Shown piece after piece: positions 1 to 13,600 of a DNA stretch of 64,000 nucleotides. The position numbers and the translations under genes are program-made. Under the pieces are notes generated by a model. That model saw nothing but the letters and a program-made list of their open reading frames with translations, was not told where the DNA came from and made no database searches. This DNA is from Lepidodermella squamata (taxonomy: Eukaryota > Animalia > Gastrotricha), in NCBI GenBank assembly GCA_047495785.1, contig JBLDXI010000074.1, positions 806,001 to 870,000 on the forward strand, given 5' to 3'. How positions within the stretch are numbered: position 1 is the first letter of the stretch; each line of letters opens with the position of its first letter.

Positions 1-3000
1 TGTTCAGTTTATAAGTCCCCGCCACAGGATTGCTCCCGATGACTAACGTTTGAGTATCTCCCGTCGGCAAATAATAATCCTCCGTCGAAAATTCACATCG
101 GGCATGTTCAGGGTAGCTAACAATCGATATCGCCTTGGAGGCTGAGTCGAAGGTAAAAGCTAACAGAGGCCAGCTTTCAGTTCCTAGGCTAACAGGTTGA
201 AAGGCGCAAGGGATATTGGTAGCATTGTTGTTTTCGGTGACTGCTGCATTCCATGAAATCAACGCGAGCTTTCCAGCCGAAAAATCGATTGAAATAGTAA
301 CGAAAGTGTCGAATTCATCAATCCAAGTTAATACTGCTTGCGGCTTAGATGAGAAGCCAACTGCTTGCATCTTGGTTACAGATGATCTTGGCATGAAGTA
401 GCCCATAACTGTGAAAGCATCACCAACTTTGTTTAAAGAAATTGTTAGGCTTGGCCCTTGTACAACAGCAAATGCTTGATCCCAACAAGTTTCGCAATCG
501 AAAGGCGTTTGTTTTGGATTGAATTCGACAAAATTGGTAGAAGCAAGATCAATAATTCCACTCAATTGATTCGCTGTTCCAGACTGATCTAGAGCTAACG
601 ATCGCTTTGAAGTAGATGAGTCTCCAAAATTTGTAACAAATCCTGTAGAGTGGAGAGGAAAGAATACTAAAACGCCATCCGGGAGTAAGCTAGATTGGAA
701 ATTGCAATCTGGAGGTTGGAAGCCTGCAGGGCAAATACAAACTGTAGCGGTTCCACATGTGCCCCCATTCAAACAAGCATAACCACCGCAGTAAGCCGAC
801 GAAGCTTCACAAGTAGCGCCACCTTTCAGCATCAAGGTTTTGCCTATCTCTGCACAGATTTCAGTGAATTTCCGATGAGGATTCGTGGGGCTGACAGTTT
901 TGGATTTCACAACAGAATTAGCTGGGCAGAAAGCTTCGGAGTTACCACTTTCAGAGACTGAATCCGACGAGCGCATGATCGTGTCGCTTCTTGCCAGTTC
1001 GGACTGCTGGCTGGCCAAGCAGTTTGCTGAAGAATCTAGAATCATTTATTGAGTAGAAGTACAAGTTCAACGAAAATTTTCTTGCCACTTTGCGGGATTA
1101 GTTTGAAGAAACTGGCACGATTCACGATAAGTTGGTTGAAATTATTGGTGTTGGTAAACTCGCCGAAACCGAAGTTGATCAGCCCAGTTGAAGAGATGAG
1201 CCTCATAATACCGGAGGCTCGTCCGACGAGTGACGGCTTGCAAGGACTAGCCGAAGATATGCTTTTGAAGCACATATATACATCTTCATTGGCCTGAACT
1301 TGAATGATCCATGTGCCGTTGTATATTGCGCCGAAGCTATTGCTTCCAATTGAAGGTTGATTATTCCACAGCGATCCATCGGCTAAATAAGCGGTGGACG
1401 ATGGCGGGAAGTTATACACATAAGCCTTAGGGTCACTTGGCTCCAAATCGATAGTTATGCCACCCTTCAGTGACGCACCACCCACGAAGCCCCAGTTCTT
1501 CGACGCGTCTTTGCGATCTGTAATATTATTTAATGAAATTATCAAAATTTCTACTCGAAAATAGCATTACATTGCAAGGCAATTCCTGTGTAATCCATGA
1601 AGTAAACCATAAAACCGGCACCGCGGGACTGTGTATTGCACGGGCAAATCCAGTCGTAGGTTATTTCAACTTGGAATGCACTAGTAGATTTGTCGATTCT
1701 CGCCTGTTCAATGAAAGGCTCAGTTGTAAGAAGGGAGGCAATAATATATAATATCTGTCAAAGCAACTAAAGGACATAATTCGAAAGTAAATCTTATATT
1801 CTGACATCTGAGCTTTGTGTCATATGGTATGGAGTGCAGAAAGTTTATGGCTATAATTATACGAGAAGGTTCCAGTAAATACCGAAAATTTCTTTACTTT
1901 AGTGTATAACACAAGTATGAAAACTTCCTTAAATTTCTCACCTTAGACCAGGCCATTGAAATTTCATTTTTCCTGGGTTGTGTTAGTGTGAAAGTGAAAG
2001 CTGTATCGCTCACGTAAGAATGGCCAACCAAGTTCCAGTTTCGATCTGCATGCAAACAAATATTTATCAACAGAACATACAACGTTTTGACCGCTATTTA
2101 CGGATAGAATCCATTCGATTTATCGAGAGTTCCGGGACGTAAAGAGAAGTGAACCCAGTTGGCGGGCTAACTATCGGTGTTACAGGCAGTCCAGTTTCTG
2201 GAAACCGAAAGTATGGATCTGCAAAATTGGATAATCTGTCACCTGTGTCAATCCTTACTACGTCAAACTCACAAACCTTCTTCCATTTCGTAGAAGCTGA
2301 ATTCAGATATCTCAATAACTTCTTTCGCTTTTGATTTGAGAGGGACGATCGAGGCGAACCCGAGCTTTACATTCCCACGGCGTATTATTCTCCTAATAGC
2401 GTAACCTCCAGTTTTCTCGAGACAAACGAATACACGGCTTGGATCATTTCGAGGCAGAAAGTAGATACCAATGTCATCGCCAACAACTTGCGCTATAAGG
2501 GTTGCATCATCAAAATCAGCATATGAGGATGCAAACAGTATGTTGTCGCAGAATCCGAATCCTCCCAGTGCCGGGGGATTTTGATCTGGAATCCAGGGAA
2601 GATTCTGTCCGCCTGTTCCGTTGAATCGAAGAGTTGCCCAAGCCATCATAGGCCTAATTCTTACTGCAAAACCTTCTAGGTTCGATTTAGCAGGATCTCT
2701 CAAGCCGTTGAAAGGAAATGCAGTGTTCTGCGTGTCTATCGATGATTCGTGAAACAGGTTTACAATCAGCCCGCCAAATGAGGCTTCGTTTGTTACGGCA
2801 AAATCGCCAGTAAGTCTGAACCTCACTTCAATCCGCCAGTTGTTGAGAGGGCGAGGAATTTCCTAGCGGGAGATTGGTAAAAATCCAATAGCGTATAAGA
2901 TTTGAAGCTCACTTGTGCCTTCCATACTACTGTATTCACCCTGCTGGCCAAGGTTGGAGATTGTAGGGTTAGAGACGATTTTGATGATGTCAATGAAGAT

Positions 3001-3217
3001 TTCGGATTTGTGATAACCGTCCAGCCATCATTCTCTGAGATGAAAACGTTTAGGCTATGATCGATTATTATAGTGTGGAAATACCAATATTCGTGAAATC
3101 CGAAATCGAAAATGATGACATGTATACAGGCGAATAGCCACCGGGTATCGCTACTTTCCGAGCGATCTGGCCTCCTGCTAGGCCCAACAAAACACTTAGG
3201 ACAGTCAAACGAATCAT
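1..3217 (-). CDS. Multi-exon secreted/membrane protein X2 (3' end outside the window): signal peptide, two L-type-lectin/ConA-like domains, Cys-rich + EGF domain, LamG-like domain; paralog of X1 (3358-8327)
   Basis: ATG 3217 gives MIRLTVLSVLLGLAGG (signal peptide). ORFs 2269-2826, 2094-2315 and 1042-1545 match X1 exons. The exon from 1035 down encodes CLNGGTCGTATVCICPAGFQPPDC...LLPDGVLVFFPLH, matching X1 CLNGGEC...CTCPKGFEPPDC...LPEGALVFYPLH, and appears to run to the window edge. Confidence 0.8.
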
Positions 3218-3357
3218 CCTCAAAAATAATTCCTGAAAAATGTGCCTGAGACTGAGAGCTTATTTGCTTATTTGCTTTAAATCAGGGTACGCAATTCAAA
3301 AAATTACCAAGTTGTGTTTGACATTCGTTATTTTATTCAAGTGACAGAAAAGTTTAA

Positions 3358-6300
3358 CTATTTCATTAGAAACAGGTAAATATGAAGTGCGATAAGGGCG
3401 GAAATGGTGACTAGGAAAGCAATGCAGTCGAAAACCCGATTTTTTGGTATTTTCCCGCAGGTTATTTTCTTGGCGAATTCCGTCTTCATATGAACCAGCC
3501 AGAATTGAATTATCGCCCAACTTGTCATAGCCGCAGATATCACGACAAGGAAAGCAATGTAATTGTAGAGTAACATCCGCTGTGGGATCTCTGGTACCAA
3601 CATAGTAAATTGTGATAGGCCCATAATCAAAGTTAAGAAAATATAGATCCCAAAGCAAAACCGGTCAGCCTCTTCCGGCGGCATCAGAAACGTGAAAGTT
3701 TGAATGCCGATCAGCAAAATCCAAGGCGCTACGATGTTGACTATCACAAAGCGGGGTTCGCGTTGAAAAGTGAACGAGAAAGTAGCAGAGCTTATTTGAT
3801 CGCCGAATTCATCCTGAAGAACCAGGGTTGTCGCATTGCTTTTCGAATACTTCCAATCACCGTCTTCAAGCTGCACAATTGGGTTGTTGTTTTGATCCAC
3901 ACTCTCCCGCAGCTTTAGCTCGATCTCAGAAAAAGCAATCATGTGTGCCGCTTCTTTTAGTCTTAACTCAATTACGCAAGTCTGCTGGTCGAACGGGAAT
4001 TTCGCAAGGTCAAATGGGCAGAAAGTCTTGAAAACACCCTTCCTCTTCCAGTAGAAGATCATGTCTCGCTTTTTCGTCGTCGGATCGTCTATGACTAAAA
4101 TTTCAGCCCGGTCGCTGATCAAGTCAGAGGACATCGGGATGTCATCAAATGCTGTTGCCAACTCAATTTGGGGCCTCCAGATCTTTTTCAAATCATCAAT
4201 GATTATCCTCTCGATTCCAGCTTTCTGGCTACTGGAGCAGGATGACACAATCCAGGCGACGTAGATTGTACCCGAAACAGTGAGTGATTGCTCAATATTA
4301 TTGAGCTCGAGGATTCTGTCGAGGTAGAAGCGAAGGTCTACGCCGAAAATGAATCCCGGTCGCATTGGCGGTGGAGATCGTCTGATTGGGCTCAGGTCGT
4401 TGCAAGATTCGACTAAATCTTGAACTGTAATGTTGGGAACTGCAGATGGGGTGTATTTTTCGATTGGTTGCTTGGGAATAGGTTCCACCTTCGACCTCTC
4501 AAACTGCTGGGGCTGAGTTGCAGATACCGTTGACGCTGGATTCGAAGTTGAAATGGCCAATGTTGGATTCGAGGTTGGAATTGCCGTAGTCGACGTAATG
4601 GTACCAGTAGAACTCGTAGTACTGCTCGAAGTTGTAGTTTCATCCGGAGGGTACTTGGTTGCGTGAGCTTTCGAGCAAGCGATCGAGAACTTTTCCAAAT
4701 CCACGTCGTTAAGTTTACGATTGTATAGGGCGATGCACTTGTAAGAAAATGCAACGTTACCCAGGCTTTTCGGGTAAAACCGTGTCACGGGGTTCAATCC
4801 AATAGCAAAACGGTTATAGCTCGAATCCTTTAATTCTACACCGCTCGGCAGAATGAAAACGCAGCTAGCATAGCTAGGGTACATAACCACACTGACTCTC
4901 CCGGCTGAATAGTCGAAGTTCACGGAAATCAAAGACCAGGTTCGAACTTCATTTGGCATAGCCAAACCGCAGTTGAAGCTGTCATATTGATCGAATCCAG
5001 CGTGAAAAGAGTAGAGTGTCAGCTTTTTAGATAACGTGCTAAACACTAGTGTTATATAGCTGTCATATCGATCCATCCAAGTTATGTAAGGCTGATCGTC
5101 GTACTTCGGGTCTGCACTTGCAGGTAGGAAGTAACCGATAATCGTTACTGATTTTGTAGACTGGAAGTAGCTTGCTAGATTTCCATCCTCTGCAACGATT
5201 TGGAAGGCTCCAAGGTAGGAGGCAGCGAAGTTTTCTTCAAAGCAAGTCGAGCAGTCGAAAGGTGGAAAGGTTTTTGGCATCCCATTCATGAAAAGAACAC
5301 TGGGATCAGCAACACCGATTATTCTGTTGCCCTTCCCAGATTGATCAAGCGCGAAACTTCGAGTCAGAGCCGTTGGTTCATCGAAGTTAGTCAGAGTTCC
5401 ATTTCTGTGCAGTGGGTAGAAGACCAGCGCACCTTCGGGGAGAGAGCTGGATTCGAACCTGCAATCTGGCGGTTCGAATCCTTTGGGGCATGTGCACATA
5501 GACGATGGGATGACATCACGGTCCCACCAGTAGTTAGGCCCCCCATTGCACTCGCCCCCATTCAAGCAGGTATAAGCAGCGCATATTTCCGAAGGTACGC
5601 ATTCTAAGCCGTATCGGTACATTAGGGTGTTGTTGACTATACGGCATAGCGATCGAAAGAATCGAGAATTTCCTGGGTAATAAGAATCCGAAGGCGCGGG
5701 GCTTGGTGATATTTTCAGTACTGAATTGGCGGGGCAGTGGAAAACAATATTGCTGTTGTAGCCAGCCCTAATGCCCGATTTTACTGCGACATTTGTTGTA
5801 GGCAGCTCAGTCTGATCGCCACAGCTTAGACCTGACTGATCTGAAATCAAAATTTCATATATTATTATATAATTAGTTAGAATTCTACCCAAAGAAACGT
5901 TACACTATAACAAGTACAGGGGTGGGAGGGGCTATCGTACCCCCTAGATCGCAAGGAAAACCAACAAAGATCGCAGGGGGCCCTTTGGTCATAAATTTGG
6001 CCCGAAAATACCAAAGTATTAGGATCCCCGAAGTAGGGGGTAACTAAGGGGTAGGGATTCGAGGATCCTACTTTGGTATTTTCGGGCCAAATTTATCAAA
6101 TGGTCCCTCCTGCGATCTTTGTTGGCTTTTTCACTTTGGCCTTGCGATCTAGGGGGTACGATCCCACTGATTCTGATGCAGCGTAAAAGGTACAAGGTTC
6201 CAGAAAAGAGAACTCACCTAAAGGGTAGACGCGGAAGAAATTGACAGCCTTTATTGCCAGGAAATTGTAATTTCCACCACCCGTGTTCAAGCTCAGTCCG

Positions 6301-8327
6301 ACGTTAACGCTAGCTGAGGCAATTGCAGCGAAAGCCCCAGCGATCTTACCGGCAGAAATCGGCTCACACCGCGGAGATCCTGGCTCCGTGAAGCAAAACC
6401 GTAATGTTTCGTCTGGCCTGAGTTGAATCGTTAGGGTTGCAGCGAATGGTATCTTTGGCAAGTCAAAATAAGCAACTGTGTAAGTTTCATTCAATAATTT
6501 GGAAGTAACGATGTAAGAATCGTTGCCGTCGAGTTTCGGGAAAAGGAATACTTCAAATCGATCGGGCCTCCGAGCTACGCGTAACGTCAACCCACTCCTA
6601 AGTTTTGCCGCACTCCCATAACCGGCAAAGTCTGATTCAGAAACTGAAAGAACAAATATGCGCGTTCAAAGGTATGGGCTGATTGAGGCTGATATGTATT
6701 ACATTTATACGCGATGCCTTGCTTGTCCATTAGAAAAATGTTAAAATTCCCGCCTATGTCGTTTGACGTCCAGTTGCTGTATGCGATGTCGAGCTGCAGT
6801 GAACTCACCGTATAGTCAAAGCTTGTCTGAAAATAGCAATAGATAGAAAAGTTAGCCACAAGCATAGGCATAATATCAGTATAGACTGTCTACTCACGAG
6901 AAATTGATGAATTAGCAGACCCTCCGGCGCCCATGGCGTTACACCCCTTTTCTCGTGAGTAGACAGTCTATACTGATATTATGTCTATGGCCTCAAGCCT
7001 CGAATCTTCTTACCCGACTCCAAATGGCGCCATAATCCACCTTTCGATTTTGCGCAATTTGAAAGTTCAGTGAAGAGTCCGATATGACCACACTACCCAT
7101 CGGGAGCCATTTACTAACTGTGTGTCATTAAAAGGGAAATTATCAGCTATAGCTCGAATTGGGTCATTAGCCTCATTATAGAAACTTACGAATGTTTGCG
7201 AATAGTCGAACTGAAAGGTCAGATAAATAAGACGTTGTAAAGTTTTCGGGAGGTGCTACGACAGGTACCGCTGGTGGGCCAACGTAAATCGGGCTGAACT
7301 TGAGATCTTGAAAATTCCTGTTTTCTCTCAAAGCAAAATAACATCATTCAATAGCTTACCAAGCTGCATTTCATAGAAGGAAAGTTCGAAAATCATCACT
7401 ACTTCCGTGGTATTGAGTTTGCTGACTGGAGCAGCAGAGACAATGCCAATTTTAGCTTCACCGCGATGAATGGTCGATCGCAGAGGGATCGCTTCGTTTG
7501 TCGAATAGCTGCAGGTGAAAAATCTGGCCGGGTCGTCTCTCGGCATGAAATGAATAGTCAATAAGGTATTGATCATTTGAACAATCATAACAGCATCGTC
7601 AAAGTCTCTGAACGGAGCGTCAGGCGTGATTTGGTTTTTGTTGAAAAGCACCTGGTTACAATTCGTGTACTGCCCATCGATAGAGTCGACGCGCCAAGCT
7701 TTATTCTGAACACTCGAGGCGTTATTTCGGGATGTCCCGAAAGCGCCGTCGGGCCGCACCCGTATCGCATGCATGTGCAGGTAAGACGTAGCTGGATTTT
7801 TCACGCCGTAATTTTCGTAAGTCACATCAGCTTGGTCGATTGACGATTCCTCCGCGATGTAGAACACGAAACCGCCGAATTTGGTGTAATCGGTCAATTT
7901 ATCATTGCCCATAGATGCGAATCTTATCTCAGCACGCCAGTTGACGATATGGCGAGGTATGTATTCCTGCAATCAAATTTAGCATTTCTGTTATGTTTAT
8001 TATCAAAAAGGTTCAACCTTGCTCCATAAAGATGAATTTCCCGATGTCTTAGCTGTAAAATCTCGGAATATTAAGCTCGCGCCGTCAAACTGAGGCCAGT
8101 CGTTGTTTGATTTCGTAATATCCCAATTCGTTGCAATAGCTGTTAGCACAAGTTACAAATTAGCTCGATTATATGTTCGACATTGAATCTAAACCTGATT
8201 CTGTGAATTCGTCCATGGAGAGTTCAGGGATAAAGACCGGTGTGAAACCTCCAAACGGGACAACGTTGCGAGCTTCAGGCGCCCCGAGAATCGCCGTCAC
8301 GTGCAACAGGGCGATGAAAAGCAGCAT
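3358..8327 (-). CDS. Multi-exon protein X1: signal peptide, two L-type-lectin-like domains, EGF, LamG-like domain, Ser/Thr-rich linker, Cys-loop ligand-gated ion channel (ligand-binding domain + 4 TM)
   Basis: ATG 8327 gives MLLFIALLHVTAILGA. Exons lie within ORFs 7328-7972, 6587-6871 and 6096-6590, and the terminal exon runs from about 5842 to 3358. Canonical C-x13-C loop CPFDLAKFPFDQQTC, IWRPQIEL motif, pre-M1 FQR, four hydrophobic helices (M1 FVIVNIVAPWILL, M2 after PEEADR, M3, M4 RVFDCIAF). Confidence 0.85.
5917..6169. mobile_element. Foldback/MITE-like element in an X1 intron
   Basis: Long imperfect inverted repeat: atcgtaccccctagatcgcaagg...ataaatttggcccgaaaataccaaagta mirrored by tactttggtattttcgggccaaatttat...ccttgcgatctagggggtacgat. 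No clear TSD. Confidence 0.7.
6863..6989. mobile_element. CATAG...CTATG MITE with 8-bp TSD (X1 intron)
   Basis: About 40-bp near-perfect TIR (cataggcataatatcagtatagactgtctactcacgagaaaa). Flanks gccacaag / gcctcaag match at 7 of 8 positions. Confidence 0.8.
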
Positions 8328-9012
8328 TTTGACTTAATTAAATTTCGTAAAAATCAGACAGTTGCAAGGGACAAATCTGCTTCGTTAGCGGAGGTGGATT
8401 TGGAAAGGAATTATTTGATTTTAATTATTGCTTCCTTTTTTATGTAATGCTTGTTATGGTTTAGTCAATAAGCTGTGTCAAGTAACAAATTCGGTGCGTG
8501 TCGGCTGTGGGTTTTAGGCTCCAAAACTCGAAATTCAGCGAGGCTTGATTAGTTCGGATATATTCATCATTCACTCCTTCAAGCCACTAAAAACGGTTCA
8601 CTCTGAATATCGCAGCAGAATGGAGTACAAATTACTGTTCTGTTTATGAGGTGGCTATTACCTGCCAGTTTGATCAACAGCCAAATTACGAGTAAAAAAG
8701 AAAGGAGTTAGCAAACGGTATCGGTTTATTTTTTGGTGAAAGCCTTCCATCCTCAGCGTATGGGAAAATTTAACAAAGAGTTTGTGGGAATTCCGTTAAA
8801 ATCTCCCGCATTTGGGTTTTGTTAGTTAATGATTATGATCAGGGTCAGGTGAAAGTTTTCGTAAAACTAGATTTGTCAACTTGACGAGATTTCAAAATGT
8901 GCGCAACAGCTCAATCGACAAATACTCACAAATTGCATGATTTAAGACACGAGTCACTTAGCTTATCGAAGAGACAAGTCAGAGCAGCCCAAAATAGTGT
9001 CTAGTAATCCTC

Positions 9013-9624
9013 CTATAAGGTATCAAATGATGGGTAGGCTGGATGTCGCGTTAAAGCATCGACGAGAGCGCCTTGAACTTGTAGGAACTCAGCATCGGTA
9101 ACACCGCGGTCCTCTAAGCCGGCATCCTCTAGCCATCTTATCCAAATCTTCCACCATGGCTGCTTTTTCGTATTTTGATTGGTAACTTTACGCTTTGCTG
9201 TCACGACGGCTTTCGCCTCGAGTACCTTCACCTCAACATAAATGATACCGCTTTCATCGAGCGAAGACTCGACGCCGATTCGGGCGACGCACGACATGTT
9301 ATTCGGCCGAATTTCGCGGTTACTAAAATATTCATCCAAACTCACTATGTTTCCAGCGGCCCAGTGCAGAAACCCGACAGCCGAAGGTTCGCTAAGCCAG
9401 TCGACACGACCTGCCAGGTGCTGTTGTAGTTTCTTGAGCACCGCGTTTTCAGTTGCGAACATGTGCGCCATTGTGAAGTTGCCGGCGAAGAATGACGTAG
9501 AAATAGGGCCCATTACAAGCGGCAAATCATCAGCCGTTGTCTCGTTGGCTCGTTTGACGTGCCATGCAGCTTCTGCTGCCCCTGCTCGCAGTGCTAATGA
9601 CCAAGCAAGTAGTTTCCAAATCAT
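9013..9624 (-). CDS. Intronless 203-aa putative secreted protein of unknown function
   Basis: ATG-initiated uninterrupted ORF with a signal-peptide-like N-terminus (MIWKLLAWSLALRAGAAEA) and higher GC than its flanks. No family recognised. Confidence 0.6.
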   Translation of the reverse strand: MIWKLLAWSLALRAGAAEAAWHVKRANETTADDLPLVMGPISTSFFAGNFTMAHMFATENAVLKKLQQHLAGRVDWLSEPSAVGFLHWAAGNIVSLDEYFSNREIRPNNMSCVARIGVESSLDESGIIYVEVKVLEAKAVVTAKRKVTNQNTKKQPWWKIWIRWLEDAGLEDRGVTDAEFLQVQGALVDALTRHPAYPSFDTL

Positions 9625-10605
9625 ATCAAAGATCTAATAATTGACTATGCATCAACGGAAAACATAAAATCGGGGTCAACGGAGCTTGATTTCAATAAGT
9701 TGGTTTGGTTGGTTTCGGTTCCAGCTTTTAAGCCATCACAACCGAAGCATAACCAAATGCTCCCAAACCTCGTTTGAAAGGAAGATACCGCCGAAATCGC
9801 TTTTCAAATCTTAGTCAGTTAAAGACTGGGTGCTATTCGAAGGGATCATAGGGGTTCTATAGGGAGAAATCATGATCGGAGGATCCAGACATTCCGTTGG
9901 CAAACTCAAACGGAATTGCTTCATAAAGCTACCGAAGATTTAATGGACATCAAAACCAGGGATCTGGACGCAACAAACCAGTTTCAGCTTTTATATCGCT
10001 TACGAATGAACTCGGCATGTTTTTTTCTGCCGGGAAAACACGCGCTCATCAATGCATTACAATTAAAGCGTGAATTAAACTCCGGAACAAATTTGAAATT
10101 CAAATTTGGAATTCGGAATTCAAGCCACTGAGAATCTATTCACTGTCAACAGCGGATTTTCGGAATATGGAAATTAATTTGAGATTTATTCATGAACGAT
10201 TTCAAATTGAAAATGGGGACTGCTAGTAATTTTTTCTCGAACGTTTCAACATCCTAAACTAAACACAGTGAACACAGTTTTTTCAACATCATGATAGTTC
10301 ACCTTTATTTGCTGTTGGACTTTCCGGCTCAATTTTACCAAAGTGTACAGAACTAACTGAAAACCTTCGATTATATTTCACAATTATCGAAAAAGGCGTT
10401 TTTATTCATCAAATTAATAAAAACTTAATTATGAATAATTATAAAAAATGCATTCATCCATGTGCATCAAAATTTCAAGAATAACTAGTAAAATTATCCA
10501 AGATACCTATTTTCTCGTTCGTTTTTTGGCAAGTAAATGAAGATGAAGCCGTAATATAACTGTTGTAAAATATTATAGGTAGCTTTTTAATTTGCTTCTC
10601 GCCGC

Positions 10606-13600
10606 TCATCGGATAAACGTCTTCTCCTTGCGCGACAGGTGAATCGGAACGACTCGAACCGGGTTTTTGTACACGCACCAGTCGGCATCGGCATCGCGGC
10701 CGAACGTCGCCAGGGTGAGCGGGCGCACCGTGTCGGGCCACGCGAAGGTGACCGGGCCCTGCGGGGTGACGGCCGTCGCCTGCAGCACGTCGCGCCTGTC
10801 GTTTCGGAACGCGCTGATTTGCCGTTGCGTCTCGGCGAGCCGGGTGTGCCGCGGCTTGGCGCCGTTGCATGGGTGACCGGGGCCTGGCTCGACGCCGCCT
10901 GAGCCGGTTCGCCAGGCGCACTGGCACCCGTTGACGTCGTGCGGCTCCCAGCCGCAGTAGCGGTCGACTTCTTGCCGCTCTTTGGCGTAGTTAATCCGCG
11001 ACAGATTGTACATCAAATTAGCGTCGTGATGAGTCTAAATAAAATTAAGGAATTAGGTCAAATCAAACAGCCCAAAATAGGTATTTACCGAATTTCAGGC
11101 AAAATAGCGCTCGAATTTAATAACGATTTTTTGATCAAACTAAATTTCGATTTTTTTATTAATAATAAAAACTTAAGAAATATATTGGGTGTAGTGATCG
11201 ACGGTATTTAGGCTAAGAAATTTTATCTCCACTAAATTATGTTTATCCGTAAAATTAATTTTATTTTAAGAGTTAGAGATAAAAATAATTTTATTCTAGA
11301 CTTCTGACCCCATTCCGATTGTTGCGTTGCCTGAAAATGTCCCTTTTCAACCCGGATTGTCCTGGTTTCGAGTTCAGATCAATACAACACAAAAAAACTA
11401 ATATTTTTATTTTATTCTCTGGGAAGTTCGAGCTTAAAATATTTTGCGAAGCTCCAGAATCAGCCATAAATGCCGGTTTTGTTAAAATTACTAAAGAGGA
11501 ATATTAGGTTGAATAAAATTTAGCAGCTAAAATTCGATAAAAAATCAAGTTAAATTTAAAAAACGTGTCAGGTTTTTGATTTGTTACTGTTGCGTCACAA
11601 TAATGTGAACTTTGGACTCATTTTGAATTTTGAAGAGGACATTCAATCGGGTTATTCATTTTCGAAAAGCAAGCGAAAATGAAGCTCTTCAACCCTTTAG
11701 CTACCATCACGTCGTAACACGTGATCCGGGTATCTGTTACCGGTCCGGTCAAAAATTCACTTCTTTGCATAACATGAACAAACACGTTACACTTGGCCCG
11801 TGTTCACGCTAAATGTCATCTGTTAACCCCGTTATTTATTCGAAAAATGGGTCCAAAGATCACTCGCAAAACATGTGTCAAGTTTAGGCCTCTTTTACAT
11901 AATTTATAGAAAATCAAGGTGAGCTCATAAAGATTGATGAAAAAATACAGGTAGCCGCTGTATACTGATATGAAGCCCCAGGATTTTCCCTGGAATTTTC
12001 AGAGTTCACCTTGATTTTTGAAAAAATTCTGAAAATCGGCCTCGTTTGTCGACCGTGAGTAATCAAGTGATTTTTGGTAGCTACCAAGGTTTTGGAAACC
12101 GATTTATCACTTGATAAGCAAGTATAACGTGTTTATATTTTGCACGAACGCGTTAACTCGGGTTGGTTGGCAATATTCTCGAGCTTTTGGTTTTCAAAAC
12201 TTTTCACCGCCAAAAGTGAGTAAACTCGGATCTAGAGACGTCTTTATACATTTTTTGGAAAAAATATCACGAGTTAACACATTCGGTCTAATACGAGTCG
12301 GTCCGGTAGCTAAAGGGTTAAGGCTATTACATATTTCATCTGTGGGAGAAGTATCGATTACCGATTTATCAATTTCCTACCAACAATTTTGGGATTTTCA
12401 CCATCAAGATTGAGCTTTCTCGAGCGAAACGGAAACCGCCATTTGGCAGAGATGCTCTTCAAGACAGTGGCATCAACCAGTAACCACCGGACACCCAGGT
12501 TGAAGCGTCCCAGGGCCGAACCGGTAACAGATACCCGGATCACGTGTGTTACGACGTGATGGTAGCTAAAAGGTTAGGGTAAAGTGTGCCGTCGAAAATT
12601 CACGTCACAATGCTGGTCAAACCTGAAAGCCTTTATTACATCATACGCAGGTTATGAAATAATGGCTAAGTTGAGATAATATGAATTTTTTCTTAAGGAA
12701 TTACGCTAAATAAATTAATATCTTGGACCAAAATTATTTTTATCTTTAAGGAGAAAATTATTTTTAAGGTCTAAAATAGCTTCGATCACTACACCCATTC
12801 TCTTCCAGCTTCTCTATTTTCTATTTCTATTTCTATTTTCAACAAATCTAAAAGACACCTTCAAGGTACATTATATACTAGGTTCCGATTCTAGCGAAAT
12901 TTCGCCCTACTTTAATTAGGATCTGTTGATATTTCCGATCACCTTCGAAATTTTGCGCGAGTTTCCTATTTTCATTTTCAAAAAAAAAAATTCGGTATTC
13001 TGACTAGAGTCAGAACTGAAACAGCGAGTGATCCAAGTGAGCAACCGATATAGGGTTCCAGCGCTAAATTTGAAGATTTGGTACTAGATTTCCAAAGAAA
13101 TTCCGGCTTTCAATTATTCCTTCGAATTCTCAATATTTTGTTCATCTATAATTCTAGCATCATCGCCATCATCTCCAACTGGAATATAAAATAATCTAAA
13201 TCCTTGGCAACTTTTATTGTCAAAATTCAAGATCAAGAAGTTGGAAAAATCAATTCGGGAGAAATTTCACGTTGCAATCAGCATCGCGATAAACTTGTGT
13301 ACTTTCGAAGGTCATTAGCAATTCGTTTTCTATTCATTGAAGTTGGAACCCTTTAGATCGAAGTTCAAAATTTTAAGAGCGAGATTTTAAAACGAAGATC
13401 AGCAAAATTATCTAAATGGGGACAACCATCCAAGTCTTTCCCGAAATAAAGGTCAGTTTCCGCTGTTATTCAATTTCCGCAATTAGACTTTTCAAATTTG
13501 CGGGACATTCAGATAAAACGGAAATAATTTAATTTGTCATCGTAAATTGCGAAAAGCTAACCTGCCACATTCTGATGTTGAACGGTTCGTTGAGGCTCTG

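Noticed and set aside
10475-10927. Arg-rich ORF and several antisense ORFs
   Set aside because: Shadow frames of a GC-rich exon; only the 10606 frame splices in phase.
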